Assembly (NCBI GenBank): GCA_951406725.2
Contig: OX597814.1
Span: forward strand, 39,866,001-39,930,000
Length of the DNA: 64,000 bases
Source: Octopus vulgaris
Taxonomy: Eukaryota
Direction of reading: 5' to 3'
Numbering within the stretch: position 1 is the stretch's first letter; every line of letters starts with the position of its first letter. A program made the translations under genes and the position numbers. This document shows positions 25,661 to 40,849 of this stretch, in pieces. The notes beneath the pieces are model-generated. The model was not told where the DNA came from and made no database searches. It saw only the letters and a program-made list of their open reading frames with translations.

Positions 25661-26838
25661 GATATATATAATTGAGTTTTTAAATGCCTGATATAACAAG
25701 TAATAAAAAATGTGACATTTCATAATAAACACACGTATACATTCATGCATTTATTTACACACATAAACACGCGCGCACACACAGATGCATACACACACGT
25801 GCACACATATGCATGCACACACACACACGCGCACACATGTGTAAACACACATATATGTTTTTCACTCACACTTATACATTAGAATATAGTGTTTTGCAGT
25901 GTTAGATTATATATTAAAATTAAAACTTTGATGGTCTTTGAATTAATTTAATTTTTCACTGATTTGTCATATATTATCAATGCAATTCATCATTTAATGT
26001 CCTTTCCAAGTGGTTTAATTTTTAAATATTTTTCTATTTAAGTACATTATTTTTTCAATAATCTATTATGAATTTGATCTTTGAATATTTCTGAATATAA
26101 TTTTCTGCAATATCATATATAAAGGCATTCCACACTTATACATGAGAATATATTTTCTGCTTCATAAAAGAAAAGAAATGTTCATATTGCTTTTCACCAC
26201 GGCCTAAATATTCTAAATATAAACAGAAGGTTATATTAAAGTTGTCCACCATTTTAACATACCATATCTATTTATCGTTATGCTATATGTCTGTCATCTT
26301 TGTATATTTAAACTCTGAATGAATAGAAACACACACAACAGTGTAGCCATAGAGGGGAAATCTCAAGTGAACTTTGTTTAATAGAATCGACTACTGTATA
26401 TTTTCAAGCTATCTATGATAGGAAATTGTTATATTTAAATGAGTTATGATTACCCAATACCTATAGATAGAAAAACAACTGTTATGTGTTTGAAATTAAC
26501 ATACAAATTCCAAAGGCTATAATGTTAAGAAGATTATGCGATAAAGTTTTTTTATTTTTATTTCATAAACGAGGTAGAACAGTGTGTATATATTTTAGAG
26601 CATACATTTATCTACCTGGTTCACAGGGTTAACAGTTATTATGCATTACATTCGTCATGATAGATCTCTACCCACAACTCATTCTTTATTTTTTCTTCTT
26701 GTTTATTTATGTGTTCATTTCTATAGAAGAGCATAGGCGCGAAAAGAAAAAGACATTTTTCACTTCCCGAGCGTTAAACCAATACATCTGCTCATTGTCT
26801 ACACCACCTGTCTTCGTCTTTTGTACTTTTTTGTTAAT

Positions 26839-26918
<80 letters not shown>

Positions 26919-27517
26919 TTGTGTGTGTATGTGTGTGTGTGTAGCTGTGTATGTGTGTGAGTGTGCTTCAGTATATATGTGTGCACGGATAAATATGAAA
27001 ATATGTATATGCATAAAAATGTACACACACGCGCGCGCACACACACTCACACACACACATACACACATCCATGCATGAATGCCACCATATATGTGTGTGT
27101 GTTTGTGTGTGTATGTATCGAGAGTGAGTGAAATAGAGAAAATGAGTAAGAGAAAGAAACATTTGCCTACGAAATTTACCTCCGAGATGCGTTATGCCTA
27201 CTAAATAGAGTAATGTCTCATTTAGTGAGATGAACGCATTTTATCATGTGAGATTTTACAATAAATTAATAGAATGAATCTGAAATATGCAACATGGAAA
27301 ATTCCATTGAGATCGGTTAATAAGAATTTAGAATAGCATATAAATACCCATTGCAAAATTATTTGAATTGATCTGTTGCTCCCAATGCTGCTCTCAAAAA
27401 TTACTTTCAGTTTCACATGTAAACAAAGTTTAACACACTTTTATGAACGGATTTATGACATTGCTTTTTCCGCTTTAAAGGGAAAGAAGATAAATCTGAG
27501 AAGAGAGACAGAGAGAC

Positions 27518-27634
<117 letters not shown>

Positions 27635-27799
27635 TATAGATAGATAGAGAAAGAGAAATGAAATAAATGAAGAGAGTTTTAAAATGCACAAGAAAATAAT
27701 ATTTTCCATTTTCTTCTTTGTGTTATTCATACAAACTCAAAACAGTGAAGAAAATGCACAATTATTGAATGAGAAAAAAGCAGAGGAGAAACAACAGAG

Positions 27800-29300
27800 A
27801 AGAATATAATTTGCTTGGTTGCATCAAAGCTAAAATATTTGGATTAAAACTGAGAGCCAATCACATTTTAGAACACACTTTGTAAAAATTATTTTTCCTC
27901 AATAGAACTTGACTCAGGGATGGAGCGGAGGGCATCAACTGTACCTGAAGTCCATCACTGCAGTTGGTCTCTCATCGAAGTAAGGAAGTTTAAGGATACA
28001 CTATTCTGGATCTTCTTAGCTGAAGAACCACACTGTATTGGTAGCTTTGTCTATTGCTTCGCTGCATCTATCTCTTATACGTGTGATCTTATTTTGCACG
28101 TATGTTGCTTTGGCTCTGCTGGCCAGGGATGATTCTTAATGTACAAACAGATTCCTATAGGCCGCTTTCCGAACAATATTCGTGTAGGTGTAGCTTTCCA
28201 CTGTGATCCTGATTTGGTAATCGAGCAGGGAGATTTCCGGACATGTCCGAGTATTCGATTTCAAATTTGATGTGGTTGTCGTCGTCGTTCAAGTTTTGGC
28301 GGTCACCTCTTCCCGGGAGGAGGTGAGCAACAAAATGTCGTCGACGTACACTGGGAATACGGCAGGTGATAAGGGCCATGCGTTCGAGTTGATCCAGAGA
28401 TGGACTAGTGGCCTGAGAGATGGATCCCATCGGCAGACCTGACATCTGCGTATATGATTCACAGTCATATTGGAAGGAAACGTTACCTTCAATAATAACT
28501 AGAAGTTAACGGATGTGGGTAAAACTAAAAAGTTGAGGGTTGGTGAGAGAGGAAGAGGAATAAGAAAGTAGGAGAAAGTGAAGAGGAGTAAGAAGAAAAG
28601 TGTAAAGGAGGAGGGGAAGAAATTAGTGTCAGAAAAGTGGGATTAAAGGAGAGATACGATGCGGTCAGAAATGTTATCGACATCCAGAAGAGCGGGTACG
28701 GAATTATAGAGGGAGACAACGTCTGAGTTGACAGGGTATCGGTTAATCCTGATTACAGAAGAGTCGATACCCTTGATTCTTTTAAAGATCTCCTTGTCAC
28801 TGCCGACATTTCCGTGGAATGCATGAAGTAGAGGTTTGAGGAGTTGAAAGAGAAACGAGGAAATTTTATAAAAGCGGCCGCCAATTCCCGAGACAATAAT
28901 TCTAATTTTAAGATTGGGCCCAGGATTGTGAGTTTTACTAAATGATAAAAAGAGGGAAGGTAGGCATTTTTAGATGTGAAATTGAGTCTAGGATTCTTGG
29001 AGAGCTTTCTGTTATGGCAAAAGATGGGCCAGCAGGTGTAAATTTTGGCTTGAAGCTGATTAGGTGTGATGTGTGATTTTTCGTATAATGTGCTGTCATT
29101 GAGATGTTCGATTGCTAATTTGCCGTAAGTGGACTTACCTATGACACTGAACAACTTTCCCTAGTTTGAGGGTAGGTAGACAAGGTTTTTAGATTGTAAG
29201 TTTTGTAAGGGGAGGTTTTGGGATTTTGTAAGGTTATGTCCTTGAGCGGGGTGATTATCTAGACCGTCAAAATGAATCGTTTAAGTCTAGCTAGTTTGTT
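27800..29300 (-). mobile_element. Penelope-like reverse transcriptase remnant
   Basis: HLNDSTLYEK..LPSFYHLVK.., GLPMGS, YVDDILLL, IKFEIE; fragmented frames. Confidence 0.7.
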
Positions 29301-29714
29301 TATGAGATCGGAGTTGTGCGAAGGAGGGTGAAGTAGTTTATGATTGCAAGTGGGAAATATAGAAGTGTAAGGAGAAGCAGTAATGAGTAGGATGAGGAAG
29401 AAGACGAAGAAGAAAAGTAGTAGTAGTTGTGGTGGTAGTAGTATCAGCAGCACAGCAGTAGAAGAATAAGAAAGAGGGGGGAGGAGGAGGAACTGAAAGC
29501 GATGATGATGATGATGATAGTGATGATGATGATGATGATCATCATCATCATCTATTATCATGATGATCATAATGCTGAAGATGATGTTGAGAATAAATAG
29601 GGTGCAGATGATGATGAGAATGAGGATCGTGAAGGGGAATAAGTCTTTTAAGGCAAAATTTAGTTTCTTCGCAAAGTCTGAGTTTATCATTGAAACATCA
29701 TGATGAATACTTAA

Positions 29715-29866
29715 GTACATTATTTACACTATTTACATTTGACGGATGTTTGTCCTCATCTTGTTTGTTATTAGCACAATGTTTCGGCTGATACACACTC
29801 CAGCTTTCTTCGGGGGCCCTGTGGTAATTTCGAATTTGGGCTCTCATTCCTAAGGTATTTTCGGTG
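29715..29866 (-). mobile_element. Tail of SINE family C with decayed hammerhead
   Basis: Reverse complement of 31930-32100: ccgaaga a agctgg..tcagcc gaaa catt gtg. Confidence 0.7.
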
Positions 29867-29867
29867 T

Positions 29868-30022
<155 letters not shown>

Positions 30023-30039
30023 TAATAATAATAACAATA

Positions 30040-30256
30040 ATGATCTCACACGTATTGAGAAGAGCATTGTCGATGTGAGAACTGTTGCTGCTCATGTATT
30101 TTAATTTAACTTATAAAAAAAAAAGATTTTTTAATGAACGAACTATTGAGTTTGGTTTAATGGCCTACCAATGTATACTATGAGTTTCTTTGCCCTAGGA
30201 GTCGGGAAGACACTCGGCAAGAAATGGAAGCAAATTTGAAAGAAGAAAAAAAAAAG
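30040..30256 (+). mobile_element. 3' end of R4/Dong-like LINE (subfamily B) in (TAA)n
   Basis: Encodes HVLRRALSM*; 3' UTR shared with 41690-41775 and 58770-58866. Confidence 0.7.
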
Positions 30257-30267
30257 TAATAATAATG

Positions 30268-31755
<1,488 letters not shown>

Positions 31756-31786
31756 ATAATAATAATAATAATAATAATAATGCACG

Positions 31787-31859
31787 CGGGCATATAGCGT
31801 AGTGGTTACGAGCGTGGGCTACTAACCCCAAGATTCCGAGTTCGATTCCAGCAGTTACT

Positions 31860-31931
<72 letters not shown>

Positions 31932-32105
31932 TCGAAAAATACCTTAGGAATGAGAATCCAGGTTCGAAATTTCCTCCAGGACGCCTGAAGAAGGCTGGAG
32001 TGTATATCAGCCGAAATTTTGTGTTAACAACAAACTACAAGATGAGGACATATATCCGTCAAATGTAAATAATGTACATAATTCCTCATCTCTCAAATAT
32101 AAAAC
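31787..32105 (+). mobile_element. SINE family C: tRNA-like head + (AAT)n + hammerhead-bearing tail
   Basis: A box tagcgtagtgg (31795-31805), B box gttcgattcc (31840-31849); gacgc|CTGAAGA|a ggctgg..tcagcc|GAAA|tttt|gtgtt at 31980-32025. Confidence 0.75.
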
Positions 32106-32114
32106 TGAAAAACT

Positions 32115-32764
32115 TAGGTAATCGAAAAATATCGTCTCTATCAATGTGAAACGTAAACGATCACGAGTGAGGAAAAGTGAACCTTCACAAACAACCCCCA
32201 AAACTACTTCATCAAAGAAGTTTATGCTTTCATTTTGTTGGAATTGGGAGGTTGTTTTCTTTCATGAGCTTCTTCCTGCGAACAGGACCATCAATTCAGA
32301 TATGTACTGTGACGAGCTAGACAATTCATACGCAGCGATACACCAGAAGCCTCCTGCACTCTGTTATCACACGGGCATTGTCTTTCATCACGACAATGCC
32401 AGACTACATGCCCCTTTGAAGTAACGGCTGGATTTACAGGGGCTTAGCAAGGAAGCTTTGCCGCACCTTTCATATTTGCTGAATCTACACCTTCAGACAT
32501 TCACCAGTTTAAGTATTTTTAATATTCTACATGCAAATATTCATTGAATGGATAGACCTTTAACTATGAAGAGCATGAAAAAATTCACAAGTACAGTTTT
32601 TTGCCAGTAAAGACAGGAAATACCTTGAACGGGGAATAATATTCTGTCCACAAGACAAAAGAAGTTACAGGGACGAAGCAGTAATTGAATTAATATCTTC
32701 GTTGTTAAAACGTGTGTCTAATTTCCGCTTTAAAAAACGAACGGACTTTTTAGCCAGTCCAATA
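32115..32764 (+). mobile_element. Decayed mariner transposon 3' half with TIR
   Basis: KFMLSFCWNW..HELL..TINSDMYC..IVFHHDNARLH; TIR-like cggactttttagccagtccaa|ta. Confidence 0.8.
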
Positions 32765-33561
32765 TATAAATAATTAAGGCATATTACTGGAAAACTATAC
32801 TGAGATACGTGATTAAAATCCTGATAAGTGTCGTACTCTGCTACACATGTTCCATCAAACTTTAAGCAATAGTACAAGGCCCAAGGCTGACATTCTTCAT
32901 AGCATTAAGCATAACAAACAAGTAAATGTGTTAGTGAAATGTCTATTTTGACGGCTGATATAATAAAGCAGTGAATTTATGAATCGATAATGACGTTGAC
33001 AGTAATGTTGAATGACGAAAGTGAAGTTTAATTTGATTTTATTTTGAAGCCAAAGCTGAATAGAATGCAAGTTCCATGCAGAGGAAGAAAACAAAAGAGA
33101 AACTTGGTAAATAAAATAAAATAAAAATTTAAATATTGATCGTGCCGAATTTGTTTTTATAGGTCTATAATATTCTTTGAAATAAAACGCATACATATGA
33201 TTATAAGACGAAGCAAGTCAATATTGACGTGCCATTAACATTCCTAAGGCAAACAGAGCTGCGAATAAATGCAATAACCAATGACCTTTTGGAAATATGC
33301 ACAAAACAGTGTTGCCTTCAAAAATACCTCAAACATATTCGCTTCCCGACATACTTTAATTTCCAATTTCTTCTTCATGCCATCTGTCTATTTTGTGCGT
33401 TTCCGAACTATTTTCGTCTTTATTTTATCGTTTCCATTTCATTTCCATTTCTATTTACTTCGGTCTTTCATTTTACTGTTAACTTTATCAATATAGATCC
33501 CTTTTTCTGTCACTTCATCTCCATCATCATATCATCATCATCGTCGTCATCATCATCGTTG

Positions 33562-33605
<44 letters not shown>

Positions 33606-35930
33606 GTCGTCGTCGTCATCATCATCATCATCATCATCACCACCATCTACTTCTTTTTCTTCATCTTCTTCTTCTTCTCCTCCTCCTACATCATCATCAT
33701 AATCGACATTATTTTACCTGCAACGGAATCCGTTTGTCCATTTTGCTAGTGTTTTCTCTCCTTATTTTGCTTCATCCATTGTGTTTTAATATTTACCAAA
33801 CTGCCCTGTCGATTTTTTTCCTATCGATTTGTATATTATCATAATTCATTCATTATTACTATCATTACTAGTTATGTGTGTCTTTTAACTTATTCACATC
33901 ACTCTTCTGCTGTTTCATGTGTGCATAGATTTAGTTTTTCTAGCATCACTTGTTTCATTGATATTACAAATTGTCTTCATTCATCGATATTTTACTCCCT
34001 TCATCTTCATGCTCATCTTTATCTCCATCTTTTTCTACAAATATTTTTCTTTCCTTCCTGATCTTATTCGATAATGCTTTCTTCTCGATCACAATTTCAA
34101 CATGTAACATATTTTAGAAATAGTCATTCGTTTCCTTTGCATTTCGATCTTACCTTCTTACTCTCATAAATGTATCTATTATTCTTTTTAGCTTTTCTTC
34201 TATGAATTATTTCTGCTTCCTGTATTCTATTTCCTATTTCCATATTCTCTTTTCATCTTTCATTCTCTAAGTATTAATATTTCTTTCTGTCTTTTATTTT
34301 CTCCATTCGTTCTATTCTTTCTATATTGTTTTCCTTCTTAATATTTCACGGATCTCTGTCATCTTCGATTTTATCCCACATGTTTCTTTTCATCCCACTT
34401 TATCTCTTCATCTCTCTTACTTCAACCTGATCAATAGAAAATGACACGTTTGTCAATGTTTTCACAATCAAAGATCCTAGAATAACAATCCAAAGAAAAC
34501 GAATTGTCTTGTGTCACATTGCTTTGTTTATTCATCTTAGATATTTCAATATTGCAACATTATTTGTTATTGTAGTTTTTCAAACTCGTGATTGATATTT
34601 CCATGGAAGAAACACAGGCAGGACACAAACGATGTGAATAGCTGAAATAAATGCCTCGCAGTATTTATTTACTTTCCTCAAATTTCTTGAAATATCAGCA
34701 TTGTTGCATTCGCTGTTCATACCATCAAATAAGGTAAAATATGCTGCTGTTTCACGCTGGGCATAGTTGAAGCAACCGTATATTAATTTACATAAATATA
34801 TAGTGTTTTACTTAGAAAAAATCAATATGTCCTATTGAAATAATTCACAAGAGCTGAAAGGATTATGATTTGCCGTTGGGAGATCAAATTCCATTCTACT
34901 TTGTCATCTATGTTCCCAATTTTCGTATTTGTTACTAAAATATATACTAACAAATATATAAAATATTGAAGAAAAACGACTCTGGTTACGAAAATATACC
35001 TTGTTTCTAAAAAACAAAAAAAGTTTTTTGACTTAATCGGGGATTCTTGTTGATTGTAACAGACCTGATTATATTTCGTATATCAAGCGAGCTTGCTGGC
35101 AAGAGCAGAGGGGAGTTAAATCACCGGAGATATCAAGAGAAATAATAAAAAAAAAACTATTGAATTCAATATTCCTTATTTCATAAAAACACAGAAACAA
35201 TGAAATTTTCCATAAAAGTTTTTTCGAGATACTCGTGTTCGTATTCATATATTTGTTGTTATTATTGTACAAGGATTGGGATTATCGTTCCTAGTTTTAA
35301 TAATGATTACTAATATATTCACATAACTACATGTTTTACGGGTGAAGTCGAGTAGTAAATACAATTTCAATTTTTGATTGGAGTTTAGAATACTACGCAA
35401 AAAATATGAAGGGAACAGTTTAGCTTTGCAGGCGTGATCGGTGAACGTAAAAAAATTTTTAATAAAAAAACACTGATCATATTCGCCATTCCTTATGATT
35501 TAGCTATCTAATGTATTCTAGCGGTTAATAATAATTAAGTAGAACGTATATTACATCTCTAATTATTAGAATTTGCATACTTATTTAGTAGTGGTTGATA
35601 ATGCAAAAGTTATAATAATATTTACTTAAATTTCTGTAAAGTGGTGACGGAGAAAAAAGAAACATAGGAAACAGTTGCAGTTTACTAACTGTACATCTGT
35701 GCGAAAGTGGTAATAAATTCAAGTATGAGATATAATTTAAATTTTAGCTATTTTAAGAAGAAACACAATTGCCGAAACACCTTAAGTCAGTTTTTTCGAT
35801 GTTATACAGATTATATTATCGAGCGGGAGAATTACTAAATACTACTAAAAATATAAAACTAATATATTTACTATGATAAATCTCAGAGCGAGTTATAAAC
35901 AGCAGCGGTAACACATCGTGACGCATATTT

Positions 35931-36100
35931 GCCATTTGAATATGGCTAACCCCTAAGGGTGGATACTACTGCAGTTTGTAGGCCCAGGAAGGTATCTCCT
36001 CCAGCTGGCTATAAACACACTATCTGTGCCCTATCAGTATTTGTGAAGGGAAGTCACCCTTCCCGTCTTCAACTTATGATACACACGGATTCGAGTTTCA
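35931..36100. repeat. Unclassified interspersed repeat, second copy at 54416-54588
   Basis: gccatYtRaatatggctaacc.ctaagRgtggat..ctccagctggctat..tctgtgccctatc..cacggaYtcgagtttc in both copies. Confidence 0.7.
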
Positions 36101-36225
36101 AGGTGTTTACCTTTCATCAGCGTGTGACAATCATATGCGTCATAATATTTCTACTGTTTAATGTAAAAGAAGAACCACTTATACTGACCCTGAAATGGTT
36201 AATTGCAATTTTGAATTTGGTGTGC

Positions 36226-36807
36226 ATTGGATTCTGACTTCAGATGGCTATAACGAAATATTGCCTTTCGTCTATGCACTATCTAATGTTATATAACGCA
36301 TGTGGTCTAATCCAGAAGGAAATAAAATACATTTTTTAAAACTGGGATAGAGCAAATAGACAATATAATTCTCAAAGTAAAAAAGGTTACTGGAATTAAA
36401 ATGACATATGTCGCCTCTCGACAGCTCTGCATATATGTAGTAATAATAGCATTCCAATTTTGGACATAGGTTAAGCACCTACATCTCCATGGATATTAGA
36501 AAGAGGAAAACCATTCATTACAAACAGATTCAGGGAATAGCCTTAGCAGATTAAAAACGAAACCATTTTGTAGATTAGCAAAGTCGAAACAATACACACT
36601 GATATGAGCATCACATATGGCCTTTTTCGTATATTATTATTATAACGGCAACCGTTTCTTTGATTTTGGTAAGTAGTCATCCAATCTCAGTTTTTGATTT
36701 GCTTCTAAATTAGACTATGTCTCAATACTACATGCACTATATACCGTTAGACAGTATATAGACGAAATGCCATATTTCGTTATAGCCGTCTAGGGTCATA
36801 ATCCAAT
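36226..36807. mobile_element. MITE-like element with ~80-bp imperfect terminal inverted repeats
   Basis: Core 36242-36275 vs reverse complement of 36758-36791 match 31/34; similarity extends on both sides. Confidence 0.7.
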
Positions 36808-37169
36808 ACGTCGTACTTCCAGCCAATGATTCCTTATCTTACTGTTTTGAATCAGTTCTAAAACCTTCCACCTATACTCCCATGCTTTTCATTTTGTTAT
36901 TATCATTCTCAGGTAAAATCTGTAATCGACCGACGAGTGTATAGCGAGAAAAGCGAAACTCTTCTTCTTCTTCTTCTTCTTCTTCTTCTTCTTCTTCTTC
37001 TTCTTCTTCTTCTTCTTCTTCTTCTTCTTCTTCTTCTTCTTCTTCTTCTTCTTCTTCTTCTCCTCCACCTCCTCCTCCTCCCCTCCTCCTCCTCATCTTC
37101 CTTCTCCCTCTTCTTCTTCTCATCCCCCTCCTCCTCCTTCCTCTTCTTGTTCTTGTTCTTCTTCTTCTT

Positions 37170-37217
<48 letters not shown>

Positions 37218-39009
37218 ACTAACTAGCTAACTACCTACCTACTTAACTACTTACCAGCCGGCCAACCGCTATAGGTTATATATTACTCTTTACATGCGTA
37301 CACGCACGCACGGACGCACACACACACACACATATATACACGCACACATACACACACAAACACACATGGTGTGTATATGTGTATGCATGTCTCGGTGTCT
37401 ATCTAATAGAATGAATGTATAAAGAGACAGACAACTAATATCAGAGCAGATGATGAAACATATATCTAAACATTGACACAAGACGAGGGTGGAATCAGAT
37501 GTTAAAGAAGTTCACAGCACCTGACGTCCATTAAAATCACTTGAGAAATGATGTAATTTTAGTATAGGAAAAGAGTCGTTATGATAATGATATTGAAGTC
37601 ATTAAGAAGTTTTACTTCATATTAAATGATCTTCAATGTAGTCATATAAATTTATATTAAATTTTAAAGTAGAGCCAATTCTAAATATTATAGAGTTCTA
37701 GTATTATATTATGAAAGCATTGATTTATAAACATATTGATTTAAAGCGAATTATTTCCCCTGAAAATAAGAAATGTTTATTTATTTATGTAAAATTGGTA
37801 TAGATAAAATTCATTCTTGCATAAATAATATTGTGCACAATATTAAAAACATACTTTGTATATTTTTTTTTTAAATTATGTCCCTTCTATTCTTCCGTAA
37901 GTATAAATGCATGTAAACATTACAATGAGAATTTTCCTCTAAAAAAACTATGTAATTTTAATTCTAATTTTAGCATTATTTTCTCGTGTGGAAATGAGTA
38001 ATTATCAAAAGGATTTTTAGGAAGTCCTTATGATTGAATTGTTTAAAATTACTTTTGGATAACTGGTTACTTGAGTGTTTATTAAATTCCTACGATAATA
38101 ATTTTATTACGATGTTATCTTTCAGAATGTTTCTTATCTAAACTACGTAATTTTTAAGTATTACTCTTTGATTTCTAATAATGATCATTTTGAAATAATT
38201 AATGCAATTTAATTGCAATATTATTTGCTACTTGACTAGAGATGATAGAGTATTCTAAATAGATCGTTTTTTTTTCTATTTACCCATAGATAAATAGCTA
38301 TGTATTTTTTAATATGAAAGAATGAAAGGGATATTTCGTTTTACTTCATGTTTATTTTTTAATATATTTTTCAAATATTAAAAAAATATTGTGCCTTGTA
38401 ATTAGAAAAACTAATGCGCTTATATATTTAGATTATAATACATAATAGTATACGAGTATATTTTATGGCCGTTATATTAGTTTTTTTCATCCTTGTGTTT
38501 GTTTTTAATTATTGACACATCCGATTGAAAACTAATATATTTGAATTTGGTCTTTTCTAGAATCTATGAATCATACATAAAACATTGCCTTGGGGACATT
38601 CTTGCTGAGTGGATTGTCATAATTTTATTATGGGTAAGAATCGAAACAACTGCCTGTAATATGTATTTAATATTTATTATTATATTATGATATATTATTA
38701 TAAGCATATAATATAATATGTTAATAAATTTTAAATTTTGAATTGACAATTGTCATATGTATCTCCATTTGTTATTCAGTTTCATAAATTGAACATATAC
38801 CCATGTGATTTGTAATGTTTTCTCTGCAAAAATGGGCTTTTCACAGTGGAGCCAGTGAGAGATTGGATGTCTTCATCCCTATTTTCCTTGCATGGATTTA
38901 ATTTAAAATCTGGTGCTCCACTATGCCCGCAGCTGCATGGCTGAAACGAGTAAAAGAATAAAAAATTAAAAGAATATTTTTATGTATTTATATGTGTGTG
39001 TTCGTGTGT

Positions 39010-39090
<81 letters not shown>

Positions 39091-39499
39091 ACTGGTATAC
39101 TGTATTCCAGTACAACCTGTTAGATGGTCGGATCGTCAGTGTGTAATAGGGCAACCCACCAAGCACGCTTGGTGGGGAGGGTGATTATTGGACACCCTGC
39201 GGGACAAAATAATAAGACCCGTCAAAAGGCGGAAGAACTACAGCGCAATCAACGGCCATTCAACAACGCGTGTTTTTGGACATGTGTGTGGAGTGTTTGT
39301 GTGACTGTTTGTTTATATTGTGTATACTGTATTTCAAAATGTGTGTGTGTGCATATTGTATGTATTGTGCTTTTAATTTTATATATTGTATCTCAATTTC
39401 ATTATTAACTTTATACAATGGTATCTCAGTTTTTATATTTTATTTTATTTTATCTTACTTTTTGATATGATAAATAGATAAGAAGTGGATAGATCTCCT

Positions 39500-40780
39500 T
39501 TGTTTGCCCAAGCCGTGGCAAAGGCAGTCTATCTAGGAAAATCTAACTCTGAATTTAAATACTTCACTGCTGTCCTGTAGCTAGCCTTTGTTTGGGCAAA
39601 GTCTTGGTGAAGGACACTGATATAAAACCTGCAACTGGAAATGCACCCAATGATGTCGACTTCCTCTTCTTTTTGGATCATGCCTTGTAGTTTAGAGAGT
39701 GGGAATGGTTTCAGGGCAAAACTTTTCCTCACTTTAAAAAGATTCAAGCACAGGTATTGCTGAGGAGGAAAATGAAATAAACACCTTGTATGTACATGGC
39801 TGGCCGAAGCCTAAAAATGGAAGTTGAAAGCCATTCAAAAAAAGAGTATACACGGTTTGTAGTAACATTCTTGTATTTGCTGGAAAAAAAAAGGACCTAG
39901 AATGGTTTAACGATAATGATGAAGAAATTAACCTTGTTTTTGAAGAGAAGCGAAAGGCAATTAACATGTTACAAAATGTGTACATGTCAGCGAAAAGGAC
40001 AGTGGCTACATATTTCAAGGCTGTAAATATAACAGTGCAGAGGGAGCTGAGAATGTTGGAGGAAAACAATGCCAGTTGATATTGATAATGATACAAATTG
40101 GTAAAAGGGTTCTGGAACATTTTGATCTGTGGTCTGGCCCGGCACGTGTCCCAGAGCACCACGGCTTTGATCCAGTCGTCATCCTGCAACTGTGAGTAGA
40201 TTCATGTGAAGATGTTTGAATGTTCGAACGTTATTAGATACCTATTGTCTGACATTTTTTCCGGGGAGAAGATCCGTGCTTGTTGCTAATGAGTTACTGC
40301 GATATGATATGGATGTTTTAGCATTAACTGAAAAAAGAATTCATAGGAAAGGGAATTTTGTAGAGAAATCTGCTGAGTATTATTTATTTTGGAGCAGTGG
40401 AGAGGAAAATTGTGAGAGAAAATCAGAAGTAGGATTTGCAATCAAAAACACTGTGATTTCAAAACTTGAGGAACTACCATGTGCTCATTCTGGTCGTTTG
40501 ATGCTTTTGAAACTCCTCTTACGAAAGGGTTGCTATGCAACACCCATAATTGCATATGCATCAACTATGAATTCATCAGAAGATGATAAACTTGCCGTCT
40601 ATCTATCACTTAGGTTAGAGAGATTATTCGCAGTATCACTCATGATAACAAAGTTGTCATTTTATTGATTTTAATGGTTACGTTGGGGCAGATTGGGAGA
40701 ACTGGTATGTCTTGGCAAGGCATGTAGCGGGGAGTTCCAAAATTATTGGTTTACTACTATTAGAAATATGCGTAAATTTG
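39500..40780 (+). mobile_element. RTE-clade LINE remnants (post-endonuclease piece, then APE endonuclease piece)
   Basis: WFNDNDEEINLVFEEKRKA (~39900); NVRTLLD..ANELLRYDMDVLALTE..LFWS..VGFAIKN..AYAST (40216-40668). Confidence 0.8.
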
Positions 40781-40849
40781 GTTTTTATTTATAATACCAG
40801 GTTGAACAGCATAATGTAGCAACTGTAGATGTAAAGAAGATGAAATCAG

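Noticed and set aside
31787-31860. Functional tRNA gene
   Set aside because: A/B boxes are present but there is no proper acceptor stem, and it is fused to a repeat tail; treated as a SINE head.
35931-36100. HDV-like ribozyme in the two-copy repeat
   Set aside because: Could not draw a consistent P1-P4 nested double pseudoknot by eye.
36872-36920. Possible terminal exon ILPENDNNKMKSMGV* after a cag acceptor (minus)
   Set aside because: Very short, weak polypyrimidine tract, no partner exons or recognisable homology.
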